A DNA stretch of 64,000 bases from Octopus sinensis (lineage: Eukaryota): positions 138,322,001 to 138,386,000 of the forward strand of contig NC_042999.1 of NCBI RefSeq assembly GCF_006345805.1, written 5' to 3'. Below are positions 12,350 through 26,513 of the stretch, one piece after another (within the stretch, counting starts at the first letter, position 1; the number at the start of each line of letters is the position of its first letter). Made by a program: the position numbers and the translations under genes. The notes under the pieces are model-generated. The model saw only the letters and a program-made list of their open reading frames with translations. It was not told the DNA's origin and did not search any database.

Positions 12350-14790
12350 TTTGCTTACATAATAAACTATAATTTAAAAGTTACATTTTCTAGATTTAAC
12401 GCAAGCAAATCAGTTGGTGATTGTGAGAATGTCAATAGTAAGAGAAAGTTTATATTCAATGTTCTTTATAAGGAGATTGTCCACACTGTTTCAGTCCATG
12501 ATGACCACTGGTTCCTTTGAAACTTCTTTCAATTTTGAAAATGAACTGCCTTTACTGTAGTTGGTACCCATGAGCAACAAATAGAAGCGAAAGGTATTTT
12601 CTACATTTGGAAAATAAGGCTATAAGTGTAAAACTTTAACTTTATGTCCTTCTTGGTACTAATATGAATACCAGCTTTAAACATTTCAATGAACTGAACG
12701 AATTTTTCACCAAGACCATCTGGTCAAAATTTGATTAATCCTCTACAATCTCAGTATGTGTATATATGACTGTAATTGACGAAGGAATCCAAATGCACCA
12801 TTTATTCTTTCATAAACTCTCTGACGTTTTGATTAGCTGTCAATAACGGTAAGAAATGTTCGTCCTTTAAACTCCTAATAAAGCGTTTGAGGGTCAGCAA
12901 ACTGATCAGGAGTGCTGGGGCAACTGGAAAATCATTCTATTCGTGATATCACTTGTGATTTCTTCGAGTGTGCTGTTAATAATCTTCACACTCAGTGAGA
13001 ACTTCGACATTTTGCTCAGTGCCTGAAAAAATAAACCGCATGATTTTTGATTACATCTGTACATGGGTTCGTAGAGTGCACAAACTGGGTTCAAGTCTTG
13101 ATCTCTGAAATATTTGATCTCACAATATTGATCTCACATTCTGGTTCAAACCACTCAATGAGTTGTAATCATTGTCTCTTCTGGCCATCGTCATTCTAAA
13201 TGTCATCAAAGGCATATTTTATTGCAGAAAGTTGTGTAATATTGCTTTTGTAGGGTCTGCGCGAGCTGATCATCTGTTATCTGAAATATACTTTACACAG
13301 TCATCAAATACTACCATCAGATAATGCAACAGAAAGGAAATACCAACGATAGGTAGAAGCAGGAAGAGGTTAACCCGACTACACAAATTCAAAAGAAAGT
13401 AATGCTTTTTGACAACATTCAGCTAAAATTTTTTGACTGTGCAAAACATGAAGTGTAATCCACAAACTAAGTGGACTCTTTAATTCACATTTAAGCCACT
13501 ATATTTGTCCATCATTTTGCTGGCATTGTCATAACTTCGACCATGCCGGTCTTCTATATCGATGTCATTTTCCTTTAAAAGTTAAGTAAACTTTGACCTG
13601 TTCAGTATTATATAAATTTATATCCAAAGATTTCACAAATCTTCCATCTGGCCTGGATGACAAAACATTGTGCACCGTCAAAATCAGCTGATCCACATTA
13701 GGTATATCATGAATAGAATCACACGAAACTGCTGAATACTTGTATTTCTTTACATCACTTATAGTGTGATCCAATGCGTTGGAGTCAACCAGATTTAGGA
13801 ATGATTTAAGCTCTCTAAGTTCGTTTACTCGGATATTTATAGACGCTGTAAAAAAAAGTTTAAAAAACAAAACAAAAAAGAAAATACGAAAAAGAAAAAA
13901 AAAACGGGGGTTGGTTCAAACTAGGCTAGTAATTTTAACAAATCGGCGAAATTCGAAGAGAGTTAATCGTGTCATCACTACTGCGAAATGGAAGGCCTCA
14001 TTTTGCTAAAATCTTTACAACTTCAATTATTCGCTCTGGAGATACGCAACAATACTTTTGTTCAATCCTTGCTTGCATATCTTCAACCGTTAAACCTCTT
14101 TTCACTTAACTTTAATAAGCATCCTGGAAGTTTTAACCATGCATGCGAAACAAAAGATACTTCCTTTGCTCTTTGAATAGCTCAGAAAATTTATTGTATG
14201 CTGCCTGTTTGTAGGTTTGTGTGAAATAAAATTTCTGACTCTGCCGAAGGTTCTTTTCAATGTATACAGTCGCATGGATGTGGAAAGTTTAATGTGACAT
14301 TCATCCCTTCCTTTTACAAACGCAGTAATCTAATTTGTTTGGGCATATCGATATTTACATCAGTATCGTTTACTTTTTATTTGTTATTTCGTACTCGGTT
14401 GAGGCTTGACTGCTGTTGTACATCTGCTACTTTAGAATTAGCGATTCATATATCCTCAGTTTCCACTGTTATAGCACCATTACTATTTACATTAACACCA
14501 AAATATTGCCAACCTCCATATTTCTAATATCTTAAATTGGTCATCAGTGGCGTAGCTAGATTGCATGCCACCCGGGGAAACCCACAATGCTAAGAGGCTT
14601 ATACAACGGACTCAAAAATGCCGCCTTTATAAATGCGTCGCCCGTGGCAGACCGCCTGTCTCGCCTCATACCCTTAGCTAGGCTACTGTTGGTCACTTCT
14701 TTTTTTACTTCCTTTCCTTAATGTTTTGCGCTTCCAGAAGTATAATGAAGTTCAGCATCTCTCGTTCAAGTGCTTATTGCAAGCTCAATG
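12350..14790 (-). pseudogene. Decayed hAT transposase (TTF-type Zn finger / ZMYM1-like hAT family)
   Basis: Minus-strand motifs: FLSYSKSKGSIFCFAC; RIIEVVKILAK*GLPFRSSD; KKYKYSAVSCDSIHDIPNVDQLILTVHNVLSSRPDGRFVKSL; GRSYDNASKMMDKYSGL. Boundaries approximate. Confidence 0.8.
14545..14688. mobile_element. 144-bp hAT-type MITE with 8-bp target-site duplication
   Basis: Imperfect TIRs CAGTGGCGTAGCTAG and revcomp CAGTAGCCTAGCTAA; flanks TTGGTCAT (14537-14544) and TTGGTCAC (14689-14696). Confidence 0.85.
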
Positions 14791-17039
14791 GAAATTTCAA
14801 TGAATATGCATAAACAAAGTTCATGTTAATAAACATGAAACGCGGTAGCAAGCCGAGGCTATACGTCAAAAGGTTGCAATTACAAAACGTATCATGTCCT
14901 AAGGTAGCAGTTTCAGAGGGTAGCGTACCTTTAGGATTATCTGAAACAGAAATTTGATAAATAAAAGTGACAGGGAAAAAAAAAAAAAAAAACTTCCGCG
15001 CACATTCATTAAATAAAAGCAGGTCAAATGATTTGCACAGCTGGTCTTCCAGTACCAAGAATTTTTCTTTAGACATAGGAATAAGACAAACATGTGATCA
15101 CAGCTAACTTACCCAACAATGTGTAAAATGAAGTTTGCAATAACTATACATACAGTTTCAAAAGACGTTAAATTAAGGAAGCTATTTTAATTAGTCCATT
15201 CATTCTAAATATTGATTCTCATGTAGGACTTTCCAAACTGAGAAATGTCGCAAGTCTACAAATATGAAGCCATTTGGGGTGGGGTGTGTGCTAAACAAAT
15301 CCTAGAGACGCTTCGCACTTACCTGAATCGCTATAACACTTTTACGGATCCAACTGCATATATGAATTTTCGATATATGTCGATCAGCTTGGGATAGAGT
15401 AACCGAAATGAATGTAAAGTTTCTATTATTTATTAACCTTCAGTTTGATATTTACCTACTCATTGATGTGTTTGAGAGTTAATTCTTGAAGATAGCAACT
15501 TACTTGTAGTAAATTATATTAGCATTTCCTTCTTTATCGTATGTTCATCCCTTACGAAAATCCAAGTAAGGTTCTCACTGCTCAAAGAACTGGAACATAT
15601 GACAAGTTTAAATATGCAACTCAATGGAGAAGGTCTTTTATTTGCAAATACTTAGCAACCGCCCATATTCCCGATATCGTCTCACCCGATGAATTTTCCT
15701 ATGTATGCTGACGTTCACAACCTTTATCTGAGGAGCTTTCAGAAATAAGAATGGTTTATAAATATTATAGACATAGTGGTTTACAGGGAAAGGGTTCATC
15801 TGTTTACATTGGTTCAGGGTGAACGTGAAAGGCTAGACTTTTCCTCAGTAGATCCTGATTTCGTTCCAAACTGGAAAAAACAAACGAAAATCTAAAATAT
15901 TAAATACTACTTTAAGCGAATTAGCTAATATATAGCGTTGTTATTTAGATAATGAAAACACACATGTTAAATATTCTCTCCTGATATACAAACCTATTAT
16001 AATGCAAATTCGTTTTGCCTTCTTTTTTTTTTATATTTCTAATGTTGAAAATATGACTGCATTTATTTCAATCGATTTATCTTATAGTTTTGCTTAGTAA
16101 TATAAGATTAAAGTTGAGATTATACACATAAAGTGTTTCTTAATTGTTTAAAAATCCCGATTTGATTTAATGGTGTTGGTTAGTATTACAGTATTTAAAC
16201 TAAATTTGTAGTAATTTGATACGTGCAAATGATTTTGTTTACGACAAAAATTATAATTAAGCTCGGTATTTCTATAACGTGTTTAATGTATTGAAATACA
16301 GTAACAGACTGGTAAGTCTATTAATTAGCATCCAACAAAAATTAAGTCTGCGTATTTATCATTGCCATTCCATTTTGTAATTGTAATTTGCTTAGCGTTA
16401 ACTACATTGGCGCATTTCTTTGGAAAATGCAGTGCCCTTAGCATGTGCTATTTTTGCAACTCGATTAATCCGAACTAGATGCTCTGCCTGGCAAACTCTA
16501 TTTGTCAATGTCAGGTTTGTTCATGCCTGTCTTGATGCGAAAAGCTTTAGGCTCTAAATTCTATTAAACGCAGAGTTAAAGATAATCCTCAAAATACTTG
16601 AAAAGCCCAGCGTTTGTCATTAATGAAATCATCAAACATGCACAAAGCCATTGACTTCCATTTGATGTAATATATAATAGAGAGGGTAGGGAGTAGATAT
16701 GTCTTCAAAGGAACTCTAATAAATTTGGATGTTGGGCCTTCAACACCAAGTGGATTCTTGAGGAAACTGTTCTTGTAATTCTAAGTGGGTGTAACCAACG
16801 CACATCACTTAGGTGATTTATCATTGCTTGACGACTGGGTCTTGTGTAAAGAAGTGTTTGGACCAATTGGAACGCCTGCTCCTCTGTTTTCGTTTTTGTT
16901 AGGTGAGAGGTGCTGTCGGGCAGAAAGTCTGAGAATATTGTTTTTGCAGATATACTACTCCATCGATTGGGGTGTGAGGGTGGAATCCCAGGATATGATT
17001 ACTAGAGAGAGGAAGAAAAGAGATAGCGAGGTTGTGTCA

Positions 17040-17190
17040 ACACCCAGTTGGTACTCATCTGAAAGATGAGTGGGCTGGAGCAAAGCGAAATGAAATGCCG
17101 TGGTTAAGTGTCTTCCGGTCCAGGAATTGAACCTTCGAACATATGATCATGAGTCCAATATTCTAACAAGTAGGCACCGCACCTTCACAT
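17040..17190 (-). mobile_element. Degenerate SINE family C-like head
   Basis: Ends ...ccggtccaggaattgaacc...gcaccttcaca, similar to the family C head at 33540-33618. Confidence 0.55.
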
Positions 17191-18280
17191 ATATTTTGCG
17201 CACAAAATGCATATGACAACATTCCATACGACTTAATATCATCATAAGATAGTAGGGTATGATTTAAGGAAGATTTGGCTGCTATCTTTGGCCGGCTGAG
17301 CGACCGAGTGGAGGCTTCATTGTTGGCTTTTTCTGCTGTTGTTGATGATGCAGGAACTGTCGTTGTTTGTTGTCGTTCGCATCGTTTGATGCTGGTTCCA
17401 CCGTCGCCAACACAGTTGCCGGCTCCATCGTCGTGATTATTTCGTCACAATTTTCATTGTCATCATTGTTATTAATATTTCCGATATCATCATAATCGCC
17501 ATGTCGTTGTCATCACCGTTATCGTTACCGTTGTAATCCACCTCCTCTCACCAACCTTCAACGATAAAATGCGTTGTAACCGTCAATATTTCTCACAGAC
17601 AGGGAGTTAAGTAGTTTGTAGAGAAAACATAACAGACCTCAGTACTTCACTAGTACATCAATTTATAGGCTTCAGAAGGCGGAAGAGAAATCTTGACTTA
17701 GGCACTATTTGAAAGTCCGGTACTGTATCGTTTCCATCATCATACTAACAACCTAAACAACAGCAACAGTAGCCGCAACAGTAGAAACAGCAACAACAAT
17801 AACACGAGCAATTGTGATTTAATAGTAAAGATTTTTCTGTTGGATGGAGTATAAAAGTACCCCATTTTCTCAACAAGTAATCATCATTACATTATATTAA
17901 ATTATACAATACAAAGCAAAACAATAAACAATATTAGCCATCTTATATCGTTTTCTTCCCGGTACACATGTTTCCGGTACACATCACATATGCGGTAAAT
18001 CGAGTTGCTAGAAATAAGAGTTAAATATCTTTCATATCAGACATTATAGTCTTAAATATTTATGATTCGATGGAGATGTCTAATAAGACAGAAACATGCC
18101 CAAAGTTTTGCCCCGTACATGCCAAAATGATGAATATAATATTAGTCATTGAGCTAATGTTGACTTTTCCTCACTGAATAATCAGGATTTTTAATACTAA
18201 CTACGCTAAATATACTAGCACTAAGTTAACTGTTGGACAATGTGGTGAATCATGTATAACACTGACACCATCAGGGTATG

Positions 18281-18515
18281 AAGGCGGCAAGCTGGCAGAA
18301 ACGTTAGCACCCCGGGCGAAGTACTTAGCGGTATTTCGTCTGCCGCTACGTTCTGAGTTCAAATTCTGCCGAGGTCGACTTTGCCTTTCATCCTTTCGGA
18401 GTCGATTAAATAAGTACCAGTTACGCACGGGGGTCGATATAATTGACTTAATCCGTTTGTCTGTCCTTGTTTGTTCCCTCTGTATTTTGTCCCTTGTCGG
18501 TAGTAAAGAAATAGG
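18281..18515 (+). mobile_element. SINE family A
   Basis: Near-consensus copy. Confidence 0.9.
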
Positions 18516-19134
18516 TATACAGTACATGTGTTCTTCCCTTGAACGTCTTGCATTGTTGTTGCTCTTACGAAGTTCACAAAGCATGTAATGCCGAATATGC
18601 AGCTCGCTAAAATCCTTGTCTTCCACGGTCGATTAGATGGAACGTATACACACATAAAGTATATTCACATCGACGTTTGGTCGTTAACTGTATGCTGACT
18701 GGTTGATTGTAAAGAGAAATTTTTGTAAGCTGTTTGTGGTATGATATTACACTCTTTGCTTGGAAACGCGACATTACTTTTTGGTACCCCTAATACAATA
18801 GCTGAAAGAAATACGGGGTAGTCAAGGCTGGAGTACATTTTATTACTGTATTTTTTTCTTTTGTTACTGCTCTTGTTTATTTCCAGGTCAGCTCTGACGA
18901 AGCAGGCCTGGAAATAAGCAACTACTACAGCAGCAGCAGCCGTTCAAGAATTTGGACCTGGAGATCTCCATTTCCAGCGACTTCGAGGGCAAACTCCCAT
19001 GGTGTCGGGCGTCAACGAAGAGCCCTCGACTACAACAAGACGACCAAAGTTTTTTTTCCCCCAAGGTCTGGGGTCTCCTGCCCCTAAGCCCTAGACCATC
19101 ACCTAATCACCCTTACCCATCTTGTTGCTTAACA

Positions 19135-19162
19135 ACAACAACAACAACAGCAGCAGCAGTAG

Positions 19163-19243
<81 letters not shown>

Positions 19244-19245
19244 CG
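19135..19245. repeat. (CAA)n(CAG)n(CAA)n trinucleotide tract
   Basis: Direct reading. Confidence 0.95.
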
Positions 19246-19344
19246 TCGATGTGAAAGTCTTTATAAAGTTATTCGATCTGCTATAAAGAACAATTTTTCT
19301 TTCTAATCAAATCCGCGAGGAACAGATTTGATAATGATGTCTCT

Positions 19345-19780
19345 TGGCGTGGCTGTGTGGTAAGAAGTTTGCTTCATAACTACATGGTTCCAGGTTCAGT
19401 CCTACTGCATGGCACCTTGGGAAAATATCTTCTACGGTGGTCACGGGCTGATCAAAGTCTTGTGAGTGAATTTGGTAGACGGAAACTGACAGAAGACTGT
19501 CGTATATATATATATATAATATATATATATATATATTTATATATATTTATGTGTGTGTATGCCTTTGTGTCTGTGTTTGTCCCCCCCCACCTTTGCTTGA
19601 CAACCGATGTTGATGTGTTACGTTCACATAACCTAAAGGTTCAGCAGAAGAAGCCGATAGAATAAGTACTAGGCTTACAAAGAATAAGTCCTAGGGTTGT
19701 TTTTTCTACTAAAACCCTTCAAGGCGGTGTCCCAGTATGGCCACAGTCAAATGACTGAAACAAGTAAAAGAATAAAAGAT
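19345..19780 (+). mobile_element. SINE family B
   Basis: Head, (TA)n and tail. Confidence 0.85.
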
Positions 19781-20102
19781 ATGATTGTTTGAAAAAGAAA
19801 ATGACAGTATGATAAAAGATTATTATATGACATTGGTCTTCTCGAACAGAGTTAACTTTGGTTTGTGACGGTCTGTTGGCAAATATGTTGCTATTATTTT
19901 CAGTCTCAAATCATTTTTACACGACACCATTTATTTCTGTAGAGGATACAAAGGAACTGGGAATTGATGACAATCATCAATTTATAAGTATATTTCTAAC
20001 ATTGTTAATAAGGTATACAGTCGAATATATTTTTTTTTCATTTTTACGTAATTTAGACGACAATATATTCACTGCATCCTCTGTGTGTGAGTGTGCGTGC
20101 GT

Positions 20103-20188
<86 letters not shown>

Positions 20189-20192
20189 AATA

Positions 20193-20788
20193 CACAGGAT
20201 GCGGTGAATATATTGTCGTCTAAATTACGCAAAAATGAAAATAACACTGATATCTCATTTTAACAGATATATTTACATGGCCAGATGTTGGAGGTGATGT
20301 GGTTGCAGAAATTGTCTGACAGCCATGACTGGAGTCTCCTGCTTGTGTGACATGGTGCAGAGTCCTGTTGCCAGAAATAAGGTCTTCCAGCAACCACTCT
20401 CTTGACCCATGGCATCACTACTTCCTCTAGGCACTTGATATAAGCCTCTGAGGCCGCGAAGGAAGATGATCACTCCAAACACCATGATGTTGACTGGATG
20501 TTTGATTTTTATCACTCTCGGTACATGTTTTGGGGACACAGCAAGCTAAAGGTTGTTCTGTGTGTTCACCATCTCTTCGTATTGGAGCTTCCGCTGCAAA
20601 TGCCAAGCAGTATAGCATGTCATTTCCAAATTTCTGGCAGAGTGAATTGTATCGTGGTGCTGTATTTCTCACAAACGGTGACCAACTGACCCTACTAAAC
20701 TATGTAGTCGACAAATTCAAAAACAAACAATGATCATGCGTGAAATTATAAATATAAAATGGCGACAGTTTACCCCTCGCACCCTGTA
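20193..20788 (-). mobile_element. Internally deleted mariner/maT-like element with imperfect TIRs
   Basis: Minus translation KHPVNIMVFGVI...EAYIKCLEEVVMPWVKRVVAGRPYFWQQDSAPCHTSRRLQSWLSDNFCNHITSNIWP. Ends cacaggatgcggtgaatatattgtcg and (revcomp) tacagggtgcgaggggtaaactgtcg. Confidence 0.85.
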
Positions 20789-21464
20789 TGTATTTACATT
20801 TAAAGCCTTCAATACTAGAGATATTCAATTTCTTGTTGTGTATATAAAGCATATGAATAATGTTCTTGTTTTAACTTCCTTTGTCTCTGTTTTCCTATTT
20901 TCTGGTCTTCGTATCTCACTGGCAACAGAGACGGTAGTTAAAAATGTTCAAAAAAGTTTCGGTAAACTTCTTGGTTTCAAAACATAAGCAACGCTGAGAA
21001 AAATTGAAATTTCCTGTTGGAAATAGAGATCAAGGTTCCTCGACAAAATATAGCTAATTAAGTCAGTTTTTCTTTATCTGGCAACTAACTCTCTTTCGTC
21101 AAATAGCATATACACATTTTATTCACAAATACAAATTGATACGTTCATTCACGTACTCACTAATCTTTGTTCTCATATCTTTATCAACCATGACACAGAG
21201 ATATACGACACATTGTCCTTGGATAATAAAGTTTTTGATAATGAGAATAGTAGTCAATTTCAAAATCCCTTGAGTTGACTAAACTTCAACATATATATTT
21301 CAACAACAAATATGTAATATTGACTTAAATTTGCACCTATTACAATGTTAATTTCTTAAGTCTGTTACTTTTAAAGCATAATCTGCTGTTTATTAGGAAA
21401 ATTTGCAATTAATGTTGTTTCTTTTTCTGGTTTTACAATATTGTACACGTTTTTAATATTATTT

Positions 21465-21905
21465 TAAGGCGGCGAGCAGGCAGAATCGTCCGCACGCCGG
21501 ACAAACCGCTTAGCGGCATTTCGTCCATCTTGATTTGAGTTAAAATCCTCTCAAGTTCGGCTTTGTCTTTCATCCTTTCGGGGTCGATAAAATAAGTATC
21601 AGTTGAGCACCGGGTCAATTTAATCGACTTGTCTCCACCCCCAAAATTGTTGGCTTTGTGCCAAAATTTGAAGCCAATGTTACTATTATAAATAAGGCAG
21701 CGGCAGGCAGAATCGTCCGCACGTCGGAGAAAATGTTTAGCGGCATTTCGCCCGTTTTTACGTTCTGAGTTCAAATTCTGGCGAGGTCGATTCTATTTTT
21801 TATCCTTTCGGGGTCGATAAAATAATTATCAGTTGAACACTGGGGTCGATATAATCGACTAGGCACCACCCCTCAAAAATCTCAGACCTTGAGCCTATAG
21901 TAGAA
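21465..21905 (+). mobile_element. Two tandem SINE family A copies
   Basis: Heads at about 21466 and 21694, each with the conserved body. Confidence 0.85.
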
Positions 21906-22853
21906 AGGATTATTTCAAATCATTGAGGTTTACATGCCAAGATCTCAGATAGAATCTTTAATTTTTTCTCTGACTTTCTCCTATAAAATATTCAGTTTTA
22001 CATGACATTGTAGAGAAGAGCCATTTAACCATCTTAACTCACACAAAACTGTTATATGTAGTTTTTATTTATCTCATAAACAAATATAATAGCTTTTGTA
22101 TGATTTGAAATGGCAGAGCGGTTGTTCCATGATGTAATTGTTATAATTTCAATACATAGTACCTAATCAAATTACTTACAAAGAAAGTACAACTCCGAAA
22201 CTATTAAGTTTATATAATTCAGTAAAATAATAATAAAAAAACGTCCCCAAACAAACCGGATTAATACAACTACATAAATAACAAATGTAGGAACAAACGA
22301 AATAAACATGACCTTAATTTTGTACGAATAATGGAAACAGTTGAGAAGGGAATGTTTCGGATATACAATAAAAACAACATACATCAATATCAAAAGTTAC
22401 CACGACCACATCGACAACAACGACGACGAAAATTAACAAAAATAGAATCAAATGGGGGTTATCATCATTTTCATCAGTGCACTCGATGACCGACCGCCAC
22501 TGTCAAATAGTACATATTATTCCACCAACGCAGTTATAAATAGAGAGAGAGAAAAAAAACTACCATAAGAACCGTTACGACGACGACGACGACGAACAAA
22601 TAAGAAAAATAAAAAGCGATCAGAGTAACAAATAAAACAGAGTTACTCCAGACAAGATTTGTTTATTTTTCCTGAAGAAAAACAGCACTCCTAGCCCAAT
22701 TACACAAAATGATGGAATTCCAAGGAGCTGGCGCGTTTTAGGTCAAAATTAGCAAAATGGAATAAATAAAAACAACGTATGTGGATGCGTGCGCGAGCAC
22801 GTACACACACCCCACAACACACACATACCACAACACACACACACGACAACAAA

Positions 22854-22888
<35 letters not shown>

Positions 22889-22891
22889 GAC

Positions 22892-22946
<55 letters not shown>

Positions 22947-23252
22947 ACACACACACGCACATACACATGCACTTGCGAGACATGTCCGAGGACTTGTGTG
23001 GCTTGTTTCAAGTTGAACTGATAACATTTGAAATACTAGGTTAGTTTATACTAAATTATATCGTAACTATTTGTTTTTAATTAAAACAAGTGTACAGTTG
23101 ACAGAAAACACACAAAATGTGTGTATGTATGTGCGTATATATATATGTATGTGTATATGCATATATATATGTTTGTGTGTTCGTGTATTATGTAAATATG
23201 TGTATATATGTGTATATATGCATATATAAGTATATATATATGAGTGTGTGTG

Positions 23253-23283
<31 letters not shown>

Positions 23284-23592
23284 GCACATACATACTCTTT
23301 TACGATTTTAATTGTCTCTGTCATTGGTTGCGGTCGTACTGAATGAAGCATCATCTTGTAGAGTTAGTCGAACACTTCAACTACGGTTCTTATCTTCAGT
23401 CGGTCTCTTTTGTCAAAGCACAATTAAGCAGATGAAAAATATTTCCAAAATGTGATGTAGAGTACATATATATTTAATCAAGTCAGGTGTCGATTGGAGA
23501 TCCTGACAAGTTTGGAAACAGCCGTGGGCTATATTCAACCTTCTTCTAGTCCACACTCTCCCTCTCATATATATACATACAGATATATACAT

Positions 23593-23649
<57 letters not shown>

Positions 23650-24214
23650 TAGACAGAGATAGAGAGATAGATCGCTATAGCTTTTGGATTTGCATTGTGA
23701 GAATTTTAGAATTTTGATCTGGAAGAGACATATTAACAAATCCAACCAATAAACAAATTCAACGCTGTTATTCACTGCTCTCTGTCTGTCTGTCTCTGTC
23801 TATGTCTCTGTCTCCCTTTCTCTCTCATAGAAGTATAGATACTTCTTGTAAAATGCATGGTGACAAAAGAGAAAGTCTTATGCTCATATGACCAATGCAA
23901 CTGTTAAAATCACGTGGTTTACAACTTTCACTTTTACAGTTGGATTATTTGTACCTCGTTCTCGAGTTTACATGATTGTATTGTGGTGTTGAATTAAATA
24001 CATACCCTCTATTGAAAAGATGAAAAAAAATCTTATGAAACGAAACACAAAATAATCATACCAAACAATAAACTGATACAGAGAAGTGATATTTTGGAAC
24101 ACAGTGTCGCTGTTAAGACAAGAGAAAAATTGGGTATTAATGCTCTGACAAGGAGTAAAAAGTTGTCAACTAACAAACATGGGAGTCGAACTCCCACCCT
24201 CATATAAAGCGTGA

Positions 24215-24374
24215 TTTTTACATTTCAATAAGCTATCTTCCACGAAAAGATAGCTTAAACTGTGCTCTAAATGGAGGTGTAGTTAAATCCTATTTTATGG
24301 ACTCAACCATGTTCTAAAATAAGTCAAAAAGTAAGCTACTATAAATCGGCACGAACTTTCCAGACAACCCAATA
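24215..24374 (-). mobile_element. Mariner-type terminal fragment
   Basis: Reverse complement tattgggttgtctggaaagttcgtgccgatttatagtagctta... matches 11997-12090. Confidence 0.7.
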
Positions 24375-25221
24375 TTTAGTGTTTAATATCGGAGGAAGTG
24401 TTGTCAGCGGGCAGTTTAGCTTAATGGTAAAATATTCAACATACACTCGTCACGAATAAGATAAGACCGCCTAATTCAAACGGTTAAACTACGTGACTGG
24501 TGATGTGGCGATAAAGTTTGTATAAACAATAGTCGTCCGCTGTTAAAGAGGGGCTACAAGAAGCCAATAATATTTCATATCCTCTCTATAAAAATTAACT
24601 TAGAAATTTATTGTTCCAAACAAAATGCAAGAGTTTTCTTAACGAAATTCGAAAACTTTAATACGTAATACTAAACTAGAACATAGTCGTACTTTTTAAA
24701 TTACATCTAAGTGAAAAGCTGCTTCACACACATTGTATACATATGTGTGTGTATGTATGTATGTATGTATGTATGTATGTATGTATGTATGTATGTATGC
24801 AAGTATAAATACACACACACACACACACTCGTATGTTTTTTTTATGTGTGTGTACAGGTGTGTGTACACGTGCGTATGTCTGTACGTGCATGTATGAACG
24901 TTCGTTTTTCATGTGAGACGAGGAAGAAATAAATGGAGATGTGTGGTGTTGGCGAAGTATTTCCTTTTTAGTATATGAAATTATGAAACCTAATACATAC
25001 ATACATACATACATACATACATACATACATACATACATACATACATACATACATAGATAAGGTATGTATGTGTGTGTTTTGGTTTACGTTCTGATCAAGA
25101 CCATCGTTCTCATTTCTCTGCTGATACAGGAAAATGAAGACTTCATTTAATTGACCGCCTATTCAAACCACAATATCAACAACAAAAAAAACCCACTTCT
25201 AATAATGATTATACTAATGAT

Positions 25222-25880
25222 GGTGATGAAATCTATCTAATCCGGCTTCTTACGATATCTTGCACTCAATAACCTATCAGTAATAATGATTTGTAACTTC
25301 GGTAGGAGGTGACACATAGAATAGGAAAAGGTTGGACTGGAATTACAGATAATTAGGTTGACTCTAGTGTTTGATTTTTGCTTAGTTTATGAACCCGGAT
25401 TATATGAAGATGTGGCGAAGAAACAAACCGAGAGGCTAAACTTGAAGTTCGACTAGAATTCATGTTCGCAATAATTGAAACCTATTTAACAATTATTTGA
25501 AATATCTAATACGCAATTTTTGAGCCTTTAGTGAAAATAGATAAACAAACACACGACGGATAAAATATGTATTGGACAAAATAAAAATATTCAGTAGATC
25601 TTTAAGTTATGGGAAGAAATGGGAAGATGTTGGACTAATGTAGTCTTAGACATATAATAACTGTTTCAGGTGGAGTGGATACCATCGACTCCAGCACTTG
25701 GCTGGTACTTTATTTTCATTGACCCTAGAGGGAGGAAAGGCAAAGTTGGCTTTGGCGGAATTTGAGGGATTTGAAGGCAGACCGTAAGCACGCAGAAACG
25801 TTAGCACGCCGGGCGAAATGCGTAGCCGTATTTCGTCTGACGTTACGTTCTGAGTTCAAATTTCGCCGAGGTCGAATTTG
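25222..25880 (+). repeat. Copy 1 of a ~650-bp inverted duplication (partner 34620-35275)
   Basis: Colinear reverse-complement match with few substitutions, including the same chimeric SINE junction. Confidence 0.9.
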
Positions 25881-26175
25881 CCTTTCATCCTTTCGGGGTC
25901 GATTAAATAAGTACCAGTTACGCACTGGGATCGATATAATCGACTTAATCCATTTGTCTGTTCTTGTTTGTCCTCTCTGTGTTTAGCCCCTAGTGGGTAG
26001 TAAAGAAATAGGTATTTCGTCTGTCTTTATGTTCTGAGTTCAAATTCCGCCGAGGTCGACTTTGCCTTTCATCCTTTCGGGGTCGATTAATTAAGTAGCA
26101 GTTACGCACTGGAGTCGATGTAATTGACTTATTCCCTTTGTCTGTCCTTATTTGTTCCCTCTATGTTTAGCGCCT
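25770..26175 (+). mobile_element. SINE family A, double/nested copies
   Basis: Conserved head and two bodies in succession. Confidence 0.85.
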
Positions 26176-26424
26176 TGTGGGCAATAAAGAAACAAGACCG
26201 TAAGGAGGCGGTACAAATACTGACAAACATTTTGTCCGACTCCCCAACAATTCTGCCAGCCTCCCAAGTAATATTACATAGTAACGTTACTATTGTTGCT
26301 ATCTTTACTTCCTGAAATTAAACTCTAAAAATAGTCATTCCAGATAATAACAAAATTAATATCTTAGCAAATTAATTCTTCAAGAATTATTTTTCTCGTG
26401 AATTGTTTGCCTTTGTATATACAT

Positions 26425-26513
<89 letters not shown>

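Noticed and set aside
15300-15400. Possible minus-strand micro-exon with a strong CAG|GTAAGT donor
   Set aside because: No recognisable peptide and no partner exons; cannot be supported without transcripts.
16400-17030. Possible ancient LINE endonuclease remnant on the minus strand
   Set aside because: Only vague motif resemblance; too degraded to call.
18940-19130. GC-richer island with a 100-aa ORF
   Set aside because: The ORF runs into a (CAA/CAG)n tract and has no recognisable motif; left unclassified.
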